Shown: piece by piece, positions 24,861-37,685 of the stretch
Layout of the letters: the number at the start of each line of letters is the position of its first letter
Position numbering within the stretch: position 1 is the first letter of the stretch
NCBI RefSeq assembly: GCF_024521635.1
Contig: NW_026250426.1
Coordinates: 248,001-312,000 of the forward strand
From: Tricharina praecox
Taxonomy: Eukaryota
Reading direction: 5' to 3'
Length of the DNA: 64,000 nucleotides
Translations under genes and position numbers: made by a program
Notes under the pieces: generated by a model
What the model was told of the DNA's origin: nothing
Database searches by the model: none
What the model saw: the letters and a program-made list of their open reading frames with translations, nothing else

Positions 24861-26671
24861 GGTCTCGGATCTTGGTGCTATCCTTGCCCCTCCCCCAATG
24901 TCGGCGTCGGCGAATTAGCTCCGAGTGAGATATAGTGCTTACGTATGATTTCGCGACCGTATCCGACATGCATGAGCTTGGACTCCAATACCTACTGTAT
25001 ATCCTCGAGGAATCAAGTTATAGAAACACGTAGTAGAGGTTTTGCAGCACAACTGTGTAGTATGGATATGACGGTTTCTTTTCCAACGACAACCTCTCCA
25101 CACAGCATCGGCAACGGGGTTCGACCGAGTTTATAGAAATCAAACTCCTTCCCTCGATCTCAAGCATAGGAACTGGCCTTCACTAGTATGTATGTAAGGG
25201 AGAGGACTCCGTCCAGACCCCGTGGCCCGCAACTCCAGGAACGAAAACGCAACACCGGGGTCTAGAAGTGGCAACATTCTAGAGTAGGTACAAGAGGTGC
25301 AGGGACTCTCTCACTGCATTAGGTACGGTAGTCGGGGCTTCTGCGGTACACATGGTTTGTGGTGGCGTCGAGGAGTGCGCACGATTTTTCCTCGTGGCAG
25401 CCATCGCGGCATCGCCGATGGCGCAATGGAGTATCCGAGTATGTAGGTACCTAGAATACACCTGATAGGCATACCACGACAGCATGGAGTCATTCGAAGT
25501 TCGAGCCGCATCGTAGTATTCTAAAAAATATTACAATTCCTTTCGCGCCGAATCTTTGATGGCAGCCTGACAGGACGCAGGCAGTATGTAGTTGCTCTAG
25601 AGTATCCGTTATCCGCTGCGGCAACTGCACGCCTGCCACGCTATCCGGACGCCACTACAATGCCGCGCTACTACTCAAGACATTCGCCACAATCGATGGT
25701 GCTAACTAGTCCACTCCGATGGTATTCAGCCACCACCACCACCTCAACCGATGAGCGATGGATAATCCTGCGATCAGCTCAGCTCGGTAGGTATTCTGTT
25801 CCCCTGTGAACAGCAGCACGGAACCATTCCGTGCTTCGCTTCGCTTCGATCCACGGGGATCGTTCGGGACGGTGATCAAACCCGGGTATTGCGATAGCGG
25901 CGATCGCAAGTGAGTACCGGTATGGAATTTAAGAAACAACAGTAGATGGGCGGCGCAGGCAGTGTAGTGAGGGCATACATATATCATAAACGAAAGGTAG
26001 AGCAATCAATCGTATGTATACGCCGCACAGGTGCTGACACAGGGAAACCCGAGCTACATAGTGTTGCGACTCGAGAGGCGCTTACTCCGGGGTATACCTG
26101 CAGCAACAGTAAACCAAACCGGCGGCTTTTTTTTCCGTCGAGCATTTAATGCGATTTAACTGCCCACTATATATCGGTATTGTCGATCAAACCCCTTCCC
26201 AGAAGCGCTGTGGATGCTCTCCTCGTCGTTGTCGTAGTTCGAGTTCCGGGTGCTGGGTTGCGGGGATATTGGCGAGTACCGGTACCTGCTCAGGAAGCTT
26301 TTTTGGGAGGAGGGCAGAGATACTGCTGGAAAATACCGTGCGGCTGTGTTACTGTACTGTCGTCCGGTAATCCAAAGAATATTAATCTAGGTACTTGTTT
26401 TACAACTAGGGCAGCTAGCTCGAGCTGACGATACATCATGTCGGTGGAGGTGCGCTTCTGGAGAGTTCTCGGTTCATGTACAATCACTCGGCGGATAAAG
26501 AATTCAAGGGTGTCGCTTATTAGGCGAAATTCTAATCGTCACATGACACAGCCTGAAGGACCCGGACACTCTAGAATGCGGGTCCCGCGGGGTTGTGTGC
26601 GTTGAAGCAAACAAATACTGGCAACTTACGCATACGATCATTTGGGTTTTGGTCCAAACAGGTACATGTCA

Positions 26672-26772
26672 TCCGCCGTGGTGTAGTGGTTAGCATTGGT
26701 CGCTTTCAACCATGGAAGTCAATTCCAAGGTGAAGTGCCGACTAGACCCGGGTTCAATTCCCGGCGGCGGAA
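26672..26772 (+). tRNA. tRNA-Glu(TTC) with a different 29-nt intron (26709-26737)
   Basis: Exons identical to the other two copies. Intron is ACCATGGAAGTCAATTCCAAGGTGAAGTG. Downstream T-run. Confidence 0.95.
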
Positions 26773-29700
26773 GTAATTGTTTTTGTCCAACAAATCCTTC
26801 CAGCATTTTTCTGTTCCTCCGACAACTTTTTATTCCTTCCATCGGTCCCATAGTACCTAGAGAGCAGTGAGGCCGAGACTCACTGGCTTATATAACTGTA
26901 GTCGGAGTATTTTTGTCCCGTCGCACCCGCCGGCCACCCATTCTGCCGCGTGGTCTTCCGCACGCACGCACGCCCCAAGCAACCTGTGTGTGGAGGTCCG
27001 TGAGCGGAAGGGGGAGGGGAAGGGGCGGAATGAAACCCGATATATCGGGCCCCGAGGGCCAGAACGACCCTAGGATCGCATAGGGTCGCATACATAGCGG
27101 TGAGCATGCGCGGCAGGGCGCCGCGGGCTGATGGTGTACATACATAGAGATGTAGAGTACCGTGCCACGATGGATGGCTATGCAAACTAATCGGCCAACT
27201 CCTCAGTCCAGCTCTCATTAACTACGATGTATCGCGTGCTGTTGCGTGGAAGGGGGCGGGGGCGGGCGGCGCGGCGTGTCCGATCTCCTAACCATCACAT
27301 CACGTATGGCCCGTGGATCTACCGTAGTTAACGGGCTGGTCGGTGGGGGAGATGTGGTTGGCTGACGGGTCGGATCCCGTCCTGCACGAAAGACGGAATT
27401 GTGGCGTTGATAACGATTCCGCCCCCCGCCCCCCGCCCCTATCTCACCCCCACCTGTGGCGCCAGGGGGGTGCGGCTCGGGCACGCCTGAATGAAGGCCC
27501 TGATAGAGGAAATTGCCCACGTGTGATATCTACTCTCTGCACCTGCCATACATGCCGTACCTACATGCCCGCGGCAGGCATGTATTCAGTACAGATTCGG
27601 AGTGTTTTTTCTAGCGCGATGGGGGATTTTTGGGAACGTCCAAATATTTGCTCGAACATGAAATCAGGATGGAAAATCTTGAGAGAGAGAGAACATCAAT
27701 TTATTGTCGCATACGGCCTTACTAGACTATGGTGAGCACAAGCCCGACCTTTCCTGCCAGCTCTACCGCCACGGCCCATTGCTGCGCCCGCTGTGGAAAA
27801 AATCCTGCAGGGAGGGAGGAAGGGACGGGACGGGGAGTACTACACGCGAGTGACACTCGATGAGTCGGCTGTTTGAATGCAGATCTTCGCCAAAACTCGG
27901 CTTCCGCCCTTCTATTAGCACCCTAGGCTATTTAGCCGACAATTATGTTTACCGTTTGGGGGGTAATCTGGCTAGGGTCTTACCGTCCTGCCCGTTTTTG
28001 TGCTTTGTGGTCGGCCCCCCAGTTTCTCGATTCGCCGTGGAGGAAAAAAAAAGAAAGAAAAAAAAGATTGCAGGAGGCTTGGGAAGTCGTGTTTACTCTA
28101 CTGTGAGTGAGTTTTGAGGGTGGGGGGGGAGTCGATATTAACTCCCGGGACTGACGCAACTCAAAAAGTTATCCGAAGCAACTTACCGGAAGATTTACGA
28201 AGAACACTCTACATACTCTAACTAAACAACCAAACCCAGGGTTGGCAAGGTCCACCGCTACATGTAAGCAATGTAATCATGTAATCAATATAATCAATGT
28301 CAAGAGCCGATGCAGTGCGGGCCATCTTGCAAGATGCCGTGTATGTAGGAACGATATGTTGGGGAGTGGATACTTGGTTATCAGTTGTTGTGGGATATGT
28401 AACTCCTCATGGGTTCAAGACACAAAACCCCCAACTGCATCTTGTTAGCACGACATGAGCCCTATGGATGGCCTACCCAGGCTTCCGATTCACCACTTGA
28501 TTAGGGCTCGGGTTTGCCACTGGTTGGGGGCCAAGCTGTTTGTGAGGCGATGTCTTAGTTGCACTCGCACGCGGCACCACACCTAAGTATCACTCTACCT
28601 TCTTCTTACCTACCTTGTCGTATTCTGTTTTAAGAACACTCGGCGGAGACCGCTATCCGCCGCAGCTCTCCAATACCTATGGCCGCACGGGCGTCGAGGC
28701 CTGCTCTCTTGCCTTCCGCCGTGCCACTCCCTCGGTCTGGGCCTGCTTGTTGCGACATGCGAGCCGGGCATTCCATTCAGGCGCCTTTCTCCTGGTTGGA
28801 ACAGTGTTCGAAAGCTTTTCCCATACATACGGCGATCGACTCTAGGACCTACTGTCTACCTATACGATGGTACTCTGGTATGGATCCGTCTCGTCCAATC
28901 TCGCGGAATCCGCGCCTGCGCAATGGAACTTCCCATGGGCCCACGGTTCCTTCCGCCGCCGCCCGGGGCAGATTGGTTGTCGGTGATCCCGGCCGGATGT
29001 GTGCTAGGCTTCCAGCGCTAGTCCTGCCCGTGGTCGTTGGGCCTTGCGCTATCTACCCGGATGCTTTTTCTTAATGCAACGGTCGGTCCTAATTGGATTA
29101 ATCGTGTTTCAGAGCTGGGGAGGCGTCGGCCGACCTTGACCTTCTTTGCCTTTGCCTTTGCCTTTGCCTTTGTGCCCTGTATCCCAACAGGGCCCATGTT
29201 GGGGTTGGGGCGACGTATGTACCGTACTCTATATGCTAGTAGTCATACATACTATTTATCTACGCTGATGAGGGGCGTACCGTGGACCGGGACTCGACTG
29301 CGGATGCCATAAGGCCCGCTTCCCTCGACGAGGGCCTTGGGGCCTTGGGCGGCGGCGTACGAGCTGGGCGCCAAAGAAATGGATGCATAGCCTGTACCTG
29401 CATACTTTGTACCTACCGTATTCTGCAAATGGACTGGCGATACGAACAACCTCACCGTTCCACGCAGGTACATGTGTACGAAACTATAGCAGAGCTTCGT
29501 ATTATCGGAATCTCTTCTCCAGATTGTTGGCTATTGGCATTGTGACGTCCGATTCTCGGATTCGTGTGAACGGAATAACATGGCATTACGTTCGAACTCG
29601 CAGATGGGCGATGTGATTGTGGAACCTGGGCCTGCGTGCGAGACTGGCACCTCAGCAATCACACCAAAAATAACGCTTGTTGTGGTCAACTTGAACGACT

Positions 29701-30955
29701 GGCACCATAACAGCTCTTGGTCACAACAGTTCCAACAAACTTAGACAGTGTTCCTTCACGTCTGATCCTAAACATATCAGTTTCTCGCGGTTTTCCGGTC
29801 AAAGTTCAGGCAGGTTCACAGGATTCCCGTGTTGTCGTCGGTTGCTAACCTGTGTACCGTTTCCTCCCAGCAAAGCTGCTGCTGTTGACCACCTCCACGA
29901 ACTCCAAACTCCACGGCCGGGTGTTTCGAAACCCATAAGCTGTTGTGCATGTTCTCGGATTGCCTTGACGGGACTTCCTGAACCCGTCGACAAGCGGCAT
30001 TCTCGGGGTGCAACCGACACTGGTCTGCTCGCTACTTTGGTTGTGTGAGCGGGCAACGTGTGCAATGTGCATTCGTTTTGGCCCCAAGCTCGTACCCACC
30101 GCATGCCGGCACTCTGGTATCATACTACGGGATACTATAGTTACCGTACCACGATGACTTGCAGTTGGTGATGCTCTGCTGCAGCGCCCCCAGCTCCTGC
30201 GCATGCTGCCGTTCCGTGTGGCAAGTCGACTGGCTACGGACTGCCGAATACCCACGCAAGAGCTTGGGCCGTTTCTGTCGACACGCTGCCACTGCCCAGA
30301 GCTCTGCGGCCCATCGTCCTGGCCGATAAATCCATACCTGCTCTCGAGTCTAGATGGATGGATAGGCACCTGTGGGTCGACGGATGGTTGATGGCTGGCA
30401 CAACAGGAAGGCGAGCAGCCCCGCCCCATGCTTTCACGTTTCCCATTCGGCGATGTTGGTTCCGAGATTTTCTCCTGCCACTGACAGCCACGCCGAGCTT
30501 GCAGGGGTGTCCTGTAAGCGAGCTCGTGAGGTCTACCCTAGACGTCTCCGTGTGGTTTTAGTGGAGATGCTGTCGATAAATGCCTACACAAGTGGGCGAG
30601 AGCTGTGATGAGCACCGAAAAATATACCCCTTTCGGGCTTGTAAAGCGTGCTCACGACGAGGTTCCGGGTTGTTGGGGCTGTTGGGGCTAGGCAGGACGA
30701 AGAAACAAATCCCGGGGACTCCCCTCGACGCACGGTGCACCAATGTATTTGAGTCTCTTCCACGTCCCCCCCTCCTATCCTCTCGTTTCCCTTTTATTTC
30801 TTTTCCTTTTCTTCCCTGATATCCCTCTTATATCCTACTTACTTGTCGCTCTTTTCACGGATCTGGTGAGCCGATCGAACGGAAATTCAGTCGAAAAACG
30901 CGCCGGTCACTTCTAGCACCGCTCCGATTGTTCTGCCACCCCGCCAACGGCAGCC

Positions 30956-32509
30956 ATGGGTGAAGTTATTCCACCGCCAACTGCGGATTACTGCTGGGAA
31001 GGACGGCTGGGGACTACGATCATTCTTCTATGCATCCTTTACGTCTTCATGAGTTTGAGGGTCAAGGCCGTCTATGGATTCGCGTATTCGAAAATTTCGC
31101 CTCGAGGCATCTCGGGAGCCTTTGTAATGCTTGCTACGGTTTTATGCACGATATAGTGATTATTACCCCTACCCCCCTCTCGCGTCAGGATGGAAGGGGA
31201 TCACATTTGCTGACAGGTGTTTTGCTACTCTATCCAGTACGTGTATGGTTATTTGGAACTATACGGTGTGGTATAGAATCCGGGGTCTTTACGAGCACAG
31301 TGTAATGGTGGAGGATGAAGAAACTGCCGATCAATTGTTGGTGATATTGAGGAGCGTGATCCCGGAGAACAGAAAGGAGGTGGGGGTTTCCATGTTTGGT
31401 CCATCTTCGTTGCATGCGCTGACTTTTGGTGCAAACAGGTCTGCTTTACGATGCGGATGATGCTCGTCACCGTCCTCTGGCTGGTCAAGGGATCATTCGT
31501 TATGCCCTATTACGAGTTCGCCCAGCAACTTCCTCAGCGCACAAAGTTCCTTCTTTACACCATCACCGCCATCCTGCTCGCTTCCTACATCGGGCTGTGG
31601 ATCGCTACAGCTGTGGAGATGGAAATGTCGTTGGCATTCGAGGGGTATATACCAATTGCGTGCGCAATACGTCCCAAAAGCTCAATTGGCTGATTCGTGA
31701 GGGAAACAGATTTAGCCCATCGGCCGGAGCCAGGGTCGTGCTCTTCACTCCTCCAAACACTTGGAGTACGTGGGCCGTCTCCGATGAGGAGCTGACGGGG
31801 AAACATGCTCAAGTGCCTTCATTTCTCGCCATCGAATGTATGATTACTTCGCTCAACGCGGCTACCGATGTTCTCCGTAAGACGCCCTCCCCCTCTTATC
31901 GCGCCCCCACATACTAACTAGCGCCCTCCAGTATTGATCCTTATCGTTTGCATTTTCCGGCATCTCAACCTCGCCGGCGGCAAGAACCACTACCGCGCCG
32001 CGTCTATGCTCATTGCTCTGTCAACTCTCTCGATCGTCATCGCCGTCGCTCGTCTGATCATCATGCTCACGGGGATGCAACGCATCAGCTTCCGCCTGGC
32101 CTTTGATTCCCTTACCGAATACGAAGCCTTCATCGCCGTCTGTGCCGCGTGCATCCCCGCCATGCGGGTTCTCGCCCGAGGTGGAGGAAGCAAGCTGATC
32201 GTTGGATTCCCCGACAACTGGGGCGCTTTCGGAAGCCGGCTCAGCAGGAGCATGAAATCCGTGCGCTCTACCCGCTCGCTGAACACCGCAACCACGAATA
32301 CCACAACGACAACTGATTTTGAAGCCGAGAAGGAAGCTTGCTATGCTTCGGCGCAGGCCGACCTGGAGGGCTTTAGATCGCCGCCGCCGCCAATGCCCGA
32401 AATCAAGAACTCGCAAGTGGTGGTGGCGCAGCCGGTCTCAACAGCGTGTCATGGTGTCGGTATGCCGATGGGATGGTCGGACGTGGGCATGGATAAGCTC
32501 CGCGCTTAG
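30956..32509 (+). CDS. PTH11-like (fungal rhodopsin-domain) integral membrane protein without CFEM, multi-exon
   Basis: Hydrophobic exons with family-typical motifs MSLRV, TVLWLVKGSF..YYE, LNAATDVL-ILI, SIVIAVARL and EAFIAVCAACIPAMR. Several GT..CTRAC..AG introns. The middle exon boundaries are uncertain. Confidence 0.8.
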
Positions 32510-32867
32510 ATGGGATGAGAGGTTCTGTGTGTGTTCATCTTCTTGGGTGGTTACTTTAGTCTTTCGGTCGAATCCGGATTCTCGGACTGCCTTCTTTTCT
32601 TCTTCCCCTTCCTCCCACCGGAGCATTATGATAGATACCCATTTGGAATTGTTAAGGCACGGCGCAGAGTCAGTGCTTCGTCTTCTACCGTACTCTACCC
32701 TTGTTTCGCAAAGCCGTGGGGTAGCCATTTCTCGGCCGAAACGGTCGCTGTACATAACCCCACCGGTATAAAATGGCGGGGAGGGGAGGGGGGAGGGGGG
32801 GGGGTCTTTTCTTCCATCGTCTGTAGACTATCACCACGAATATCGAACTACACTACATACCTACCTA

Positions 32868-34282
32868 ATGTCTGAGCACGTCTTTACCCCCATCAAAGGA
32901 TCTCCTGAGGTCAATGACGTTACCGTGAAATTTTCGGACGATGAAGTCAGCAACCTCAACACGCTCGTAAAGCTGTCAAAACTCCCGCGCGAAACCTATG
33001 AGGGCAAGCATCGCCAGCTTGGCGTCACCAGTGCCTGGATGCGGGATGCTAAGGACAAGTGGGAGAACAACTTCGATTGGTAACCCTTCACACGGCCAAA
33101 CAAACCGAATCCATTGATATCCCGTATGTAGCTGATATCGGGGGCCCCGTCCCCCCAACTATGTAGGCGTGCCACAGAAGCCAAGCTCAACGCGCTCCCG
33201 CAATGGACGACCAAAGTCGACGAGATGACGATCCACTTCGTAGGGATCCGGTCAGCACACGCAGACGCAGTCCCAATCTTGCTGCTGCACGGCTGGCCAG
33301 GCTCATTCTACGAGTTCTACCCGCTGATGCACGAGCTGCGCAAGAGCACCACTCCGCACTTCACCATCATCGCGCCGAGCCTGCCGGGGTACATGTTCTC
33401 GTCGCCGCCGCCGACCGACCGCGACTACACGCAGGGCGACGTCGTAACCCTGCTGCACCGCTTCATGGCCCAGCTCGGCGTCGGCCCGTACATCGCCATG
33501 GGCAGCGACATGGGCGCGCAGGCTGCCCGGGGCCTCACCGCCCACGAGGCGTGTCGCGGTTGTCACCGTACGTATCATACATACGCATAACCACATATAT
33601 TCCGCCGAGCCTCGGCCCGGCGCGGATGGGACCGTGTTGGCTGACGAGGCGGGCAAGCAAAATATAGTCACGATGTTCCTCCCGCACGCAGCGGCGCGGT
33701 GCGCGGTCGCGGAGTTACCGCCGCACGAGGCCGAGGGCCTCCAGCGCGGGAAGCTGTGGATCGAGAAGTCCCGCGCCTACTCGATGATGCACGCGACGCG
33801 CCCCAGCACCATAGGCCACGTGCTCGCGAGCAGTCCGCTTGCGCTGCTGGCGTGGATCGCCGAGAAGTTCCTCGAGTGGACGGATGATGACCCCGACGTG
33901 GGGTTGGTCCTCGAGATGGCGAGTCTGTGGTGGCTCGCGGGGTGCTACCCTACGAGTATATACCCGTACCGCCAGCTTATGAATCAGACTGAGGCGTGGA
34001 GGGAGGAGTTTAAAATCAGGAAGCCGTTTGGGTTCAGCTGGTTCCCGAAGGAGGTCACGCCCCAGCCGAGGGCGTGGATTGAAGGCGAGGGAGATATGGT
34101 CTTCTTCAAGACTCACGAAAAGGTGGGAGATTGCCTGTCTGCCTGCCTGCCGCACATGCCCGGGTTTTTGCTGACGATGGAAGGGTGGTCACTTTCCCGC
34201 ATTCGAGAAGCCGGTCGAGCTGGCGGAAGATATCGTTGAGTTTGCGAGGGCGTTAGACGTCCGGGAGAAGGAGAAAGCGTGA
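32868..34282 (+). CDS. Epoxide hydrolase (microsomal/EHN-type alpha/beta hydrolase), 4 exons
   Basis: FDW-R..EAKLN, IHFV, LLLHGWPGSFYEF, PSLPGY, nucleophile GSDMG, SSPLALLAWIAEK, FPKE, GGHFPAFEKP. TGA at 34280-34282. Confidence 0.93.
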
Positions 34283-34872
34283 GAGACATGCTGGTGGTAC
34301 AAAGTTTGTAGATGGCTCGAGCAAATTGAGAGTGGACGGAAGTCAAAATGAAAGAGGAAAAGGCCTGTTTTGCACACCCAAAAAGAGTGTAACATGACGC
34401 CCATGCACGATACCTATCCACATCCCACCGACCCACAAAATGAACGCAACGTCCGAGCGCACCACCATCACCATCGGCCGCCGCCTTGGTACGGAATATT
34501 CCATACGGAACATTCCATAGAAAGGTTCGAAATTGAAAATCTCCGGTTCATACTATATATGGCTACTGTAGTTTCCTACGATTGTGAGTGTGATTGTGAT
34601 CGCCGGAAGTTCCCCCCCCCCCCCTAAACCCTTGTAGGAAGTACATAAAGCTTTCCTTTCCGAGCGACGGTTGTTGCGCGAGATCAACGTCATTCGCTCG
34701 GTCCGCACGGATCCCATGTCGATCGCGCGGGTGAGCTCAGGATTACGACGAGACCAAACAAAGCATGGTCCGAGGGGGTGATATATGGGCGGGGAGAGTT
34801 CAACGGCGATTTTTTTCCCAACGTTTGATCGACCTCAACCTCGAACCACGATCTCGAACTAAGCAGAAAGAA

Positions 34873-36629
34873 ATGGCACCGGGAAATTTCAGTAAGGTCC
34901 GTCAAGCTTCTTCTCGTGACCCTCTTTATCCCAACTTGTTGACGTGCTGCTGCCCGAGCTAGGTCGGCATAGTGGGCGCAGGCTCCATGGGCACGCAGAT
35001 GTCCCTGTTGCTCAGCGAACACAATGTTGTAGTCTCGCTCTTTGACGTCTCTTCCTCAAACATCGATTCCGCCTCCAAAACCATCGACAGCCAAAAGCCC
35101 CCCCAGAAGATCCAACTATTCGCTAAAGACTACGGAGCGTTTGTCGCCTCTCTCGACAAAGGCGGAGGAGGAGGAGGAGGTAGTGGTGGTGCACGCTGCT
35201 TCCTCCTATCCATCACCCACGGTGACCCCGTTGACCAGGTCCTGGACGCTCTGAAGCCGCACCTAAAGAAAGACGATGTCATTATCGACGGCGGGAACGA
35301 ATGGTACAAGAATACCGAGCGCCGACAGAAAGATCTACAGAAGCTAGGAGTCGCGCTTATCGGCTGCGGAGTTTCGGGCGGCTACCAGTCTGCGCGCCGG
35401 GGGCCGAGCATGTCGCCCGGCGGCGACCCGCAGGTGCTGGAGCGTATCCTGCCACAGCTCCGGGAGTGGTGCGCGAAGGATGAAAGATCCGGAGAGCCGT
35501 GTGTGGCCGCGTTGGGCCCGGCGGGGAGCGGGCATTACGTCAAGATGGTGCATAACGGCATCGAGCAGGGCATGCTGGGCGTGCTCAATGAGAGCTGGGA
35601 GATGCTCTTCAAGTGTCTCCACACGCCGCTCGACGAAATATCAAAGATATTCTCGGCGTGGGCGAAGGATGGAGAACTGGTTGGGCAGCCCATCACTCGT
35701 TCGCGATGATCGATCCGCCACTGACGACAGATCGCATAGAAAAACAACTACCTCGTCACCATCGGCGCGGATATCTGTGGACGGAAGAAGGAGAAAGGCG
35801 AGCGAGGCCACATCCTCAACGAAATCCAGGACAAAGTCGTCCAAGACGCCGATGGCAGCGAGGGAACGGGAGTCTGGGCCATCGTCGAAGCCGCCAATCG
35901 CCACGTTTCGGCCCCCACCATCGCCGCAGCACACTTTCTGCGGATCGCATCTTCGAATCGCGCTGAGCGCCTCCAGGTTTTCGAACTTATCGGTGGATTC
36001 ATCGCCGGCGCCAAGAAGCAGCACGTCGAAGGGAGTGAGAAGGAGGTGATCGAAGACCTTAGGCAGGCTGTGTATTGCGCGTTCTTGGCATCTTTCGTGC
36101 AAGGGATGAATCTCCTCGCGAGAGCGAACAGCGATGAGGGGTGGAATGTGAAACTGAGCGAGGTCGTGAGGATTTGGAGGAACGGATGCATCATCAGGAG
36201 CGATTACATCGCGGATCTGATCCAGCCCGTTTACGAAAAGCAGGAAGACCTGCAGAACTTACTGACGAGCAAGACTGTGGTGGAGGAAGTCAAGAAGACG
36301 TTTCCAGCGCTCAAGAGGACGGTCGCTAGAGGACTGGAATGGGACGCGCATATGTATCAATCCACATACCCACAAAAGATGGTTGAAAGAAGCTGACGTG
36401 GTAAGGCCGAGTCTGAGTGCGAGTATGGAGTATCTCAAGTACTGCGGCGGCAAGCAGCTGCCCACACAGTTCATGGAAGCCCAACTCGACTATTTCGGTG
36501 CCCATTCGTACGACAAGAAGTGCGAAGGACCCGGAGAAGTGAAGAAAGGTGAGTTCGTGAACCGAAGGGGCGATGCGAGTTTGACTGACACGGAAAGGGG
36601 CTCATCATCATGAGTGGAAGCCTGCTTAG
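34873..36629 (+). CDS. 6-phosphogluconate dehydrogenase-family protein (atypical), 5 exons
   Basis: GIVGAGSMG, IIDGGNEWY, GVSGG..ARRGPSMSPGG, GHYVKMVHNGIEQG, IWRNGCIIRS, DYFGAHSY, HHEWKPA. Confidence 0.92.
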
Positions 36630-37016
36630 TGTGGCGGTTGGCATGGCACAAAAAAGGGATCAGTTCGTGCTTTTCTTCCCGAATTCCACAGTGCGGGACC
36701 TTGATGGGGGGATATCTGGGATACTGGATCACAAAACATAATCCATCATATTCTCGGTATCAGTGAATAAACATAAATAATAAATTGGGACAGTGAAGGA
36801 CAACCGAATATTAAATGACACATATTTGGGTAGATTGGTAAGAAATGATCTGGTGCTCTAAGCGTGAGTAACAAGGTAAGTGAGAATGAAAGTACATTTC
36901 TTCCTTTTAAACGGGCAGTCCAAAGCAAGTGAGGTAATAAAGAGAGAATACCGGTACAGGAGTGTTGATGGGGAATTTCTACATACTATGGTTCGTCTTA
37001 ATAAGTCACCAAGTAT

Positions 37017-37685
37017 CTAATAGTCTGCATTGAGCAGGTGATAATCAGGATTTAAGGGATCAAACTCGTGGATATAATCGCATAAAACTACCATGCTACT
37101 CATATGTAACTTCCTATCCAACTTCGCCAGCAAGTGCCTAACCCTGAATGCCAAGTGACGCTTCTTTTTCAGCGGGAGCTCCCACCTCAGATCCAACGCC
37201 CTGCGCGGTTTGCACGCGCAGAACAGTCTCGTCGCTGGAATGAAAAGTCCGCACTCACTGCAGTTGGAGCACTCCCTGCCCCAGCCATGCTTCGGCAGCA
37301 ATCCGTCGCGCACACCGACGACCAGCTCTCGGCAGTGGCGGTACTGGCCGATGCGGCGTTTCCACAGCCAGACGCCCCTATTCTCGGGGGTTCCGGTAGC
37401 GAGGCCGGCGTGGCAGGTGATACACACGCCGATGGAGCGGCGTGGGGCCCGCGGGTACACGGCGAGGAAATGGTAGCTAGGCCGGTACTTGGCGCAGTGC
37501 TTGCAGAAGCGGAAGCCGCTCTCCGAGAGCATCGCGCTCGTCGTGATGATGTTGCGCTTCTTTGGCACTCCGAGCGCGCTGCGTAACTGGCGGTTGGTCT
37601 GCGCGAGGGAGATCTTGCTCGCCGCTGGTAGCTGCTGCGATATGGTGGAGATCAGCTCCGTGGGGAGCGTGTTAAGAGACGGCAT
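37017..37685 (-). CDS. F-box protein with Cys-rich region
   Basis: MPSLNTLPTELISTISQQLPAASKISLAQTNRQLR (F-box), then CKHC, CITC and CSEC. Confidence 0.8.
   Translation of the reverse strand: MPSLNTLPTELISTISQQLPAASKISLAQTNRQLRSALGVPKKRNIITTSAMLSESGFRFCKHCAKYRPSYHFLAVYPRAPRRSIGVCITCHAGLATGTPENRGVWLWKRRIGQYRHCRELVVGVRDGLLPKHGWGRECSNCSECGLFIPATRLFCACKPRRALDLRWELPLKKKRHLAFRVRHLLAKLDRKLHMSSMVVLCDYIHEFDPLNPDYHLLNADY

Noticed and set aside
31154..31159. TAG-TGA after exon 1 of the PTH11-like gene as a possible A-to-I-edited premature stop
   Set aside because: Explained by an intron donor (TA|GTGATT) with a downstream GCTGAC branch and CAG acceptor that restore the frame.
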